Shown: piece after piece, positions 59,475-64,000 of the stretch
How the letters are laid out: the number at the start of each line of letters is the position of its first letter
Position numbering within the stretch: position 1 is the first letter of the stretch
NCBI GenBank assembly: GCA_037308085.1
Contig: CP147779.1
Coordinates: 1,216,001 to 1,280,000 of the forward strand
Direction: 5' to 3'
From: Promethearchaeati archaeon SRVP18_Atabeyarchaeia-1
GTDB lineage: Archaea; Asgardarchaeota; Atabeyarchaeia; Atabeyarchaeales; Atabeyarchaeaceae
DNA: 64,000 bases
The notes under the pieces: model-generated
Told to the model about the DNA's origin: nothing
Database searches by the model: none
What the model saw: only the letters and a program-made list of their open reading frames with translations
Program-made: the position numbers and the translations under genes

Positions 59475-59501
59475 CGCAGATCACTTGACCCCCGTTGCGA
59501 A
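59475..59501. promoter_or_regulatory. Conserved motif CGCAGAT-N11-CGTTGCGAA upstream of paralog 2
   Basis: See 56564-56590. Confidence 0.6.
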
Positions 59502-59662
59502 GGTAACAGGAACTGGGGCATCAACGAAGACCAAATAGCTATAATATATGGTGCGCAGATAAACGAACAAGAGCTCCCCAGCATCTTATGAAGACTCCAA
59601 GAGCCTGCTGTTACGAATGCCTTGCTTGGCTTTGTCTATTGCTTCGAAGAGAAGGAGGTATT

Positions 59663-61435
59663 ATGACTGGGATGTCTGATATCCTTGACAAGAGATTTCT
59701 GATAGCCCCCCGCGAAACTGAGGACAAGCGTGCCTCCCTTGATCAGGCGATTAAAGAGTTCGTGAAGCCCGGGATCACCTTGCATGTTTCATGTGCGGGA
59801 ACAATTCCATACGGGATTGGCTACGAAATCATCCGGCAGTTTGTGGGCAAGAATCCCCAGTTCAGAATTGTCGCCTTGGGTGCCACAAATCTCGTTCAGC
59901 TTCTATGTGCTACTGACCTCGTGGGTTCTCTTGTCGTCAGCTATGCTGGTGATATCTACCCAAGGCCAAATGTCTCTGCAGTGTTCCAACGGGCATTCAA
60001 GAGGGGTGTCAAGATCGAGAACTGGTCCATAGTCTCACTCATTTCGAGGCTCGTTGCGGGTGCAATGGGACTTGAATTCCTTCCAACCAGATCCATAGTG
60101 GGGTCCTCGATGGAGAGAGATAACAAGGATTCTTTCACAACCATTGACGACCCGTTTGGCACTGGTGCGAAAGTCGGATTGGTGAAGTCGCTGAGGCCCG
60201 ACGTGTCGATTGTTCACGCTTGGTGCGCTGACAACGCAGGCAATGCAATAATAGTTCCTCCTCTTGGAGATAGTAACTTCGCCTTCTACGCAAGCACTGG
60301 CGGAGTCATAGTCAGCGCTGAGAAGATAGTTCCAACGGATTTCATCAGGCAACACGCTACGATGACAAGAATACCTGGTCATCTTGTGAAAGCAGTTGTG
60401 GAGCTACCGTTTGGCGCGCATCCTAGCGCCCACTTTGGACTCCATGGGGAAGGCTATAGCGAGGACCTACAGTTCATAGTCAACCTCAGGCAAATCGGGA
60501 AAGATGAGGCGACTCTGAAGAAATGGATCGACGACTGGATTCTCGGAGTAGACCACAACAAGTACCTTGCGAAGCTTGGAACGGAGCGTCTCATGTCTCT
60601 GGTTGGTCTTAGGAATCCCGAATCGTGGAAGACCGAGATCAGGAATAAGCTGGGCATGATCCCATTTGATGAGAACTGCAGTAACATCGAGAGGGTAGTA
60701 ATCAACGGTTCTCACGAGGTTATCGAATCAACCGTCAAGGCGAATTACAGGGTTATGCTTGCGGGACAGGGAATATCGAATCTGGCTGCGTGGATGGCCC
60801 TCTATGCCCTCAGAGATAGGGGTTTGCCGGTGAATCTGCTCGCGGAGATTGGTTTCTACGGATATTTGCCGCGCGCTTCAAGCCCCTTCATATTCAACAA
60901 GAGCAACATACCAACATGCCTGATGCTGACCGACTCATTTGAAGCGCTGGGCATGACCTTAGGTAGCAGAGACAGCATCGCTGTACTCGCAGCAGCGCAG
61001 ATAGACAAGAAAGGGAACATCAATGACACGAGGGTCGGTGACTTCTTCCTTGTCGGGTCAGGCGGCGCTAATGACATCGGATCGAATGCCAAAGAGATAG
61101 TCGTTGTCGCTCCTCATGAGCCCCTCAGGTTGGTCAGCGAAGTTCCCTACGTGACCGTTCCGGGTGAGAAGGTCACAAAGCTCGTGACGGATCAGGCCGT
61201 TTTCGAGAAGATCGATGGAGAACTTGTGCTGACCAAGTGCCTTCCCCTCTTTGGTCTGCCAAATGACATGATTGTAGCAGCTTTGTCCAAGAGAACCGGC
61301 TGGAAACTCAGCGCAACAGAGGGACTACTATTCATGAAAGAGCCTAGCAGATATGAGATCCAACTGCTCCGCCTCTTCGACCCAGATAGATACTTCGTCG
61401 GAAAAGCAAAGGAAGCAAGCAAACGGGAACAGTAG
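59663..61435 (+). CDS. Family I CoA-transferase, fused alpha+beta (glutaconate CoA-transferase-like)
   Basis: AGAMGL.FLP, DPF, PDV.IVH...D..GN, PFGAHP, catalytic Glu in LLAEIG, AQIDKKGNIN, GSGGAND; ATG after GGAGGT. Confidence 0.85.
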   Translation: MTGMSDILDKRFLIAPRETEDKRASLDQAIKEFVKPGITLHVSCAGTIPYGIGYEIIRQFVGKNPQFRIVALGATNLVQLLCATDLVGSLVVSYAGDIYPRPNVSAVFQRAFKRGVKIENWSIVSLISRLVAGAMGLEFLPTRSIVGSSMERDNKDSFTTIDDPFGTGAKVGLVKSLRPDVSIVHAWCADNAGNAIIVPPLGDSNFAFYASTGGVIVSAEKIVPTDFIRQHATMTRIPGHLVKAVVELPFGAHPSAHFGLHGEGYSEDLQFIVNLRQIGKDEATLKKWIDDWILGVDHNKYLAKLGTERLMSLVGLRNPESWKTEIRNKLGMIPFDENCSNIERVVINGSHEVIESTVKANYRVMLAGQGISNLAAWMALYALRDRGLPVNLLAEIGFYGYLPRASSPFIFNKSNIPTCLMLTDSFEALGMTLGSRDSIAVLAAAQIDKKGNINDTRVGDFFLVGSGGANDIGSNAKEIVVVAPHEPLRLVSEVPYVTVPGEKVTKLVTDQAVFEKIDGELVLTKCLPLFGLPNDMIVAALSKRTGWKLSATEGLLFMKEPSRYEIQLLRLFDPDRYFVGKAKEASKREQ

Positions 61436-61479
61436 CAGCAGTAGGATGGGGTTCCCTAAAAGCCAATATTGCTCTCCGT

Positions 61480-62628
61480 TCACTTTCTGGTTTTTTCGTA
61501 CCGGTCAATGCCAGGTGGAGGTATCTTGGGTTCAAGCTCCGATAGTTCTGTTATTAGTTTCCTTTGCTCACTGGTGAGTTTAGATGGAGTGCGCAAAACC
61601 ACTCTGACTAGTTCGTCCCCCTTTCCATGAGACTTGAGCTTCGCTAAGCCTTTGCCTTTCAGACGAAGAACTGTCCCACTCTCGGTTCCAGGAGGAATGC
61701 TAAACTTGACGATGCCATCCAGTGTTGGAACGGAGACCTCGTCGCCCAGCACAAGCTGAGAGTAATTTACAGGCAGATTGTACAGGATGTCTGGTCCACG
61801 CCTTTCAAAAACCTCGTCTGGCTGGACTCTTATCACGACATAGAGGTCACCTGGGGGGGCCCCTCGCTCGCCGGCTTCTCCCTCTCCCTCTAGCCGAAGG
61901 ACTGAGTCAGTGTCGACACCAGCTGGGATTTTGACTTCCAGTTTTGTATTCTTCCTCGTTGTCCCTGTTCCACCGCATACGGGACATGGGTGTGGTATGA
62001 TCTTCCCAGTTCCTCGGCATTTGTCGCAAGACGTGATCTGAACTATCTGCGTGTAACCTGCATTACGCACGTAACGCAATTCCCCACTTCCGCGGCACTT
62101 CGGGCATGTTTGTGGTTGAGTCCCTGGCTTGACTCCACTTCCGCGGCAATTATCGCACACGGATCTTCTGGGGATTTCAAGCTCTACCTTCGTGTCAACT
62201 GCCGCTTGCTGAAGGGTAATTGTGAGTTCTCGCTCTACGTCTCGCCCTTGAGCGGGTCCAGAGGGTCTGCCTGCGCTGAACCCGCCTCTTCTTCCAAATA
62301 GCGAGTCAAAGATGCCACCGAATCCGCCAAACCCGAATCCAAGGTCCCGGAAAACATCGTCGAAGTTCGCTCCCCGGAAGATGTCTTCGGATGAGTACCT
62401 GCCGGAGATCCCAGCATGCCCAAACCGGTCATACTGTGCCCTCTTATCATCGTCCGAGAGAACAGCGTAGGCCTCAGAGATCTCCTTGAACTTCTCCTCC
62501 GCGCCTGGGGACTTGTTACGGTCAGGATGGTACTTTAGAGCAAGATCACGGTAGGCCTGCTTTATCTGATCCTTGGTAGCATCCTTGGGAATGCTCAGCA
62601 CCTCATAGTAATCCTTTTTCTCACTCAT
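61480..62628 (-). CDS. dnaJ: Chaperone DnaJ
   Basis: DYYEVL, YHPD, G/F region, four CxxCxGxG motifs. Confidence 0.96.
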   Translation of the reverse strand: MSEKKDYYEVLSIPKDATKDQIKQAYRDLALKYHPDRNKSPGAEEKFKEISEAYAVLSDDDKRAQYDRFGHAGISGRYSSEDIFRGANFDDVFRDLGFGFGGFGGIFDSLFGRRGGFSAGRPSGPAQGRDVERELTITLQQAAVDTKVELEIPRRSVCDNCRGSGVKPGTQPQTCPKCRGSGELRYVRNAGYTQIVQITSCDKCRGTGKIIPHPCPVCGGTGTTRKNTKLEVKIPAGVDTDSVLRLEGEGEAGERGAPPGDLYVVIRVQPDEVFERRGPDILYNLPVNYSQLVLGDEVSVPTLDGIVKFSIPPGTESGTVLRLKGKGLAKLKSHGKGDELVRVVLRTPSKLTSEQRKLITELSELEPKIPPPGIDRYEKTRK

Positions 62629-62761
62629 GGCTGAGACACATCCCTCGTCTACTGATTGAAGCAAGAGGTTTCGATATTCTATGACTCAGATCTGAGAACA
62701 GATTTTAAGGTTTGTTGCCTCTGCGGTTGTTGATATCGGTTTGAGGTAGCTTCTCCGCTAT

Positions 62762-63547
62762 TCATGTCTTTGCTGTAAGCGCTCTGCATGCACTGACAAT
62801 CTTGAGCATTACGTCACCGGCTTTCTCATGGATAACCACGTCGCATTGATCGTCCATCTCGGTCGGTTCCATGTTCACGAGAATCATTTTTGCCCCATTG
62901 TCCTTGGCCAGCTTAGGCAATACCGCGGCTGGATAAACGACTAAGGAGGAGCCTACAATTAGCATGACATCACACTCCATCGATTTCTTTGTTGCCTCCT
63001 GGAAGATGAGCGGAGGCAACGGCTCCCCAAATAGAACTATGTCGGGCTTCAAGATGCCGGCGTCGAGATCACACATGGGTGGATTCTCACCCATCTTTAC
63101 CAACTCCATAACCTCCTCCCGAGGATAGCGCGCCCCGCATCTTGTACACGATGCTGTCGCCATCGATCCATGAAGCTCAAGAACGTAAACGTTCCCAGCC
63201 TTCTGATGCAGACCATCGATGTTTTGGGTAACTACGGCGTTGACTTTCCCCATCTTCTCAAGTTCAGCTATGGCGACATGTGCCTTGTTGGGCTTCGCAT
63301 CCAGCACATCTGGACCTAGAGAGAGGGCCCAGATCCACCACGATTTAGGATCACTCCTGAAAGCGCCGATTGAGGCCACTTTCATCGGGTCGTACTTCGA
63401 CCAAAGCCCTCCGGGGCTTCTGAAATCAGGGATGCCACTTTCAGTGGAGATGCCTGCTCCTGTGAGGACAACTAGCTTCTTTGAATCCATTATTATTTTG
63501 GCTGCCTTGGCGATTAGGTTGTCCGCTTCTCCTTTCTTTCTACTCAA
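62762..63547 (-). CDS. cobB: NAD-dependent protein deacylase (Sir2)
   Basis: TGAGISTESGIPDFR, TQNIDGLH, ELHGS, KPDIVLFGE, GSSL.VYPAA. Confidence 0.93.
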   Translation of the reverse strand: MSRKKGEADNLIAKAAKIIMDSKKLVVLTGAGISTESGIPDFRSPGGLWSKYDPMKVASIGAFRSDPKSWWIWALSLGPDVLDAKPNKAHVAIAELEKMGKVNAVVTQNIDGLHQKAGNVYVLELHGSMATASCTRCGARYPREEVMELVKMGENPPMCDLDAGILKPDIVLFGEPLPPLIFQEATKKSMECDVMLIVGSSLVVYPAAVLPKLAKDNGAKMILVNMEPTEMDDQCDVVIHEKAGDVMLKIVSACRALTAKT

Positions 63548-63891
63548 ATCCTAAAACACATCCCTAGCTGCGAGTCGTTACGTCAGAAGAAAGCGCTTTT
63601 CAAGATCCGCTTTTCAGAAAGTCTAGATTCTGCACACTTAAAAAAGTTGCCTACTCTAGATTTGTTGCTGCATTGAGCGAAGTTCAGACTTCATTCGGGG
63701 CGATCTGCTTAGTCGAGCATATCGTGCTTGACGTGGAACAACCGCCAATCGAAGTCCAATGTGAAGAGCAGAAAAGGTATTTTAAGGTTGAACAAACATA
63801 CTAACTCGACAATCGTGTACGATTCTTCTTTAGCTGGTTTTGATCGGAGTCTTCTGAGTCACATGTCGAAAAGAGGAGTTGAGAAGGAATC

Positions 63892-64000
63892 ATGCCATCG
63901 AAAGTTTTTCACATGAATGATAGGAGCACAACTATTCCTACGAGTCTTGTGGCTAAGGCTCAGACCTTGTTTGACGAAGCAGGGCTGGCTGACTGCTTCA
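63892..64000 (+). CDS. 5' part of a probable DUF362 Fe-S protein (runs off window)
   Basis: MPSKVFHMNDRSTTIPTSLVAKAQTLFDEAGL resembles the M.SKVYF.D.R....L..K...L...AG N-terminus of DUF362 proteins; purine-rich RBS. Confidence 0.5.
   Translation, partial: MPSKVFHMNDRSTTIPTSLVAKAQTLFDEAGLADCF

Noticed and set aside
181-63916. Numerous short ORFs in the track overlapping larger genes
   Set aside because: Antisense or off-frame shadows of well-supported genes, with no motifs.
1-64000. CRISPR arrays, tRNA and rRNA genes
   Set aside because: No regularly spaced repeats or tRNA/rRNA consensus were seen by eye; a covariance search could still find divergent RNAs.

Overview
This is a 64-kb stretch of archaeal chromosome (about 50% GC), inferred to be from an Asgard archaeon. 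The inference rests on two large surface proteins with cytoplasmic longin-like domains, an eL22-like ribosomal protein, a small GTPase and KaiC-like ATPases. Most of the window is anaerobic peptide and acyl-CoA metabolism (HdrA-MvhD fusion, two 2-oxoacid:ferredoxin oxidoreductases, ADP-forming acyl-CoA synthetase subunits, CoA-transferase, ferredoxins), TldD/TldE, chaperones (grpE-dnaK, with dnaJ 14 kb away) and housekeeping enzymes. No tRNA, rRNA or CRISPR array was recognised. The headline observation is three related transposase-less elements at 35822-37116, 38037-39002 and 44433-44701. Each is bounded by ~19-bp terminal inverted repeats of the GG(T/C)TCTG type and by target-site-like direct repeats (8/8, a degenerate 7/9, and 7/8), which are DDE/IS6-like ends. 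Their cargo, however, is TnpB plus an omegaRNA-like 3' module; the 269-bp copy keeps only a TATA box and the omegaRNA-like scaffold. The second observation is an HTH-repeat/PD-(D/E)XK nuclease gene inserted at the tldD-tldE junction together with a recoded replacement 3' end of tldD, leaving the old 3' end stranded before tldE. Also noted: a free-standing LAGLIDADG-3xHTH gene with an unannotated RHH gene beside it, a candidate pseudoknotted sRNA, a ferredoxin with an ATC start, and several catalytically degenerate enzymes. All calls are from manual motif reading; no database searches were run.
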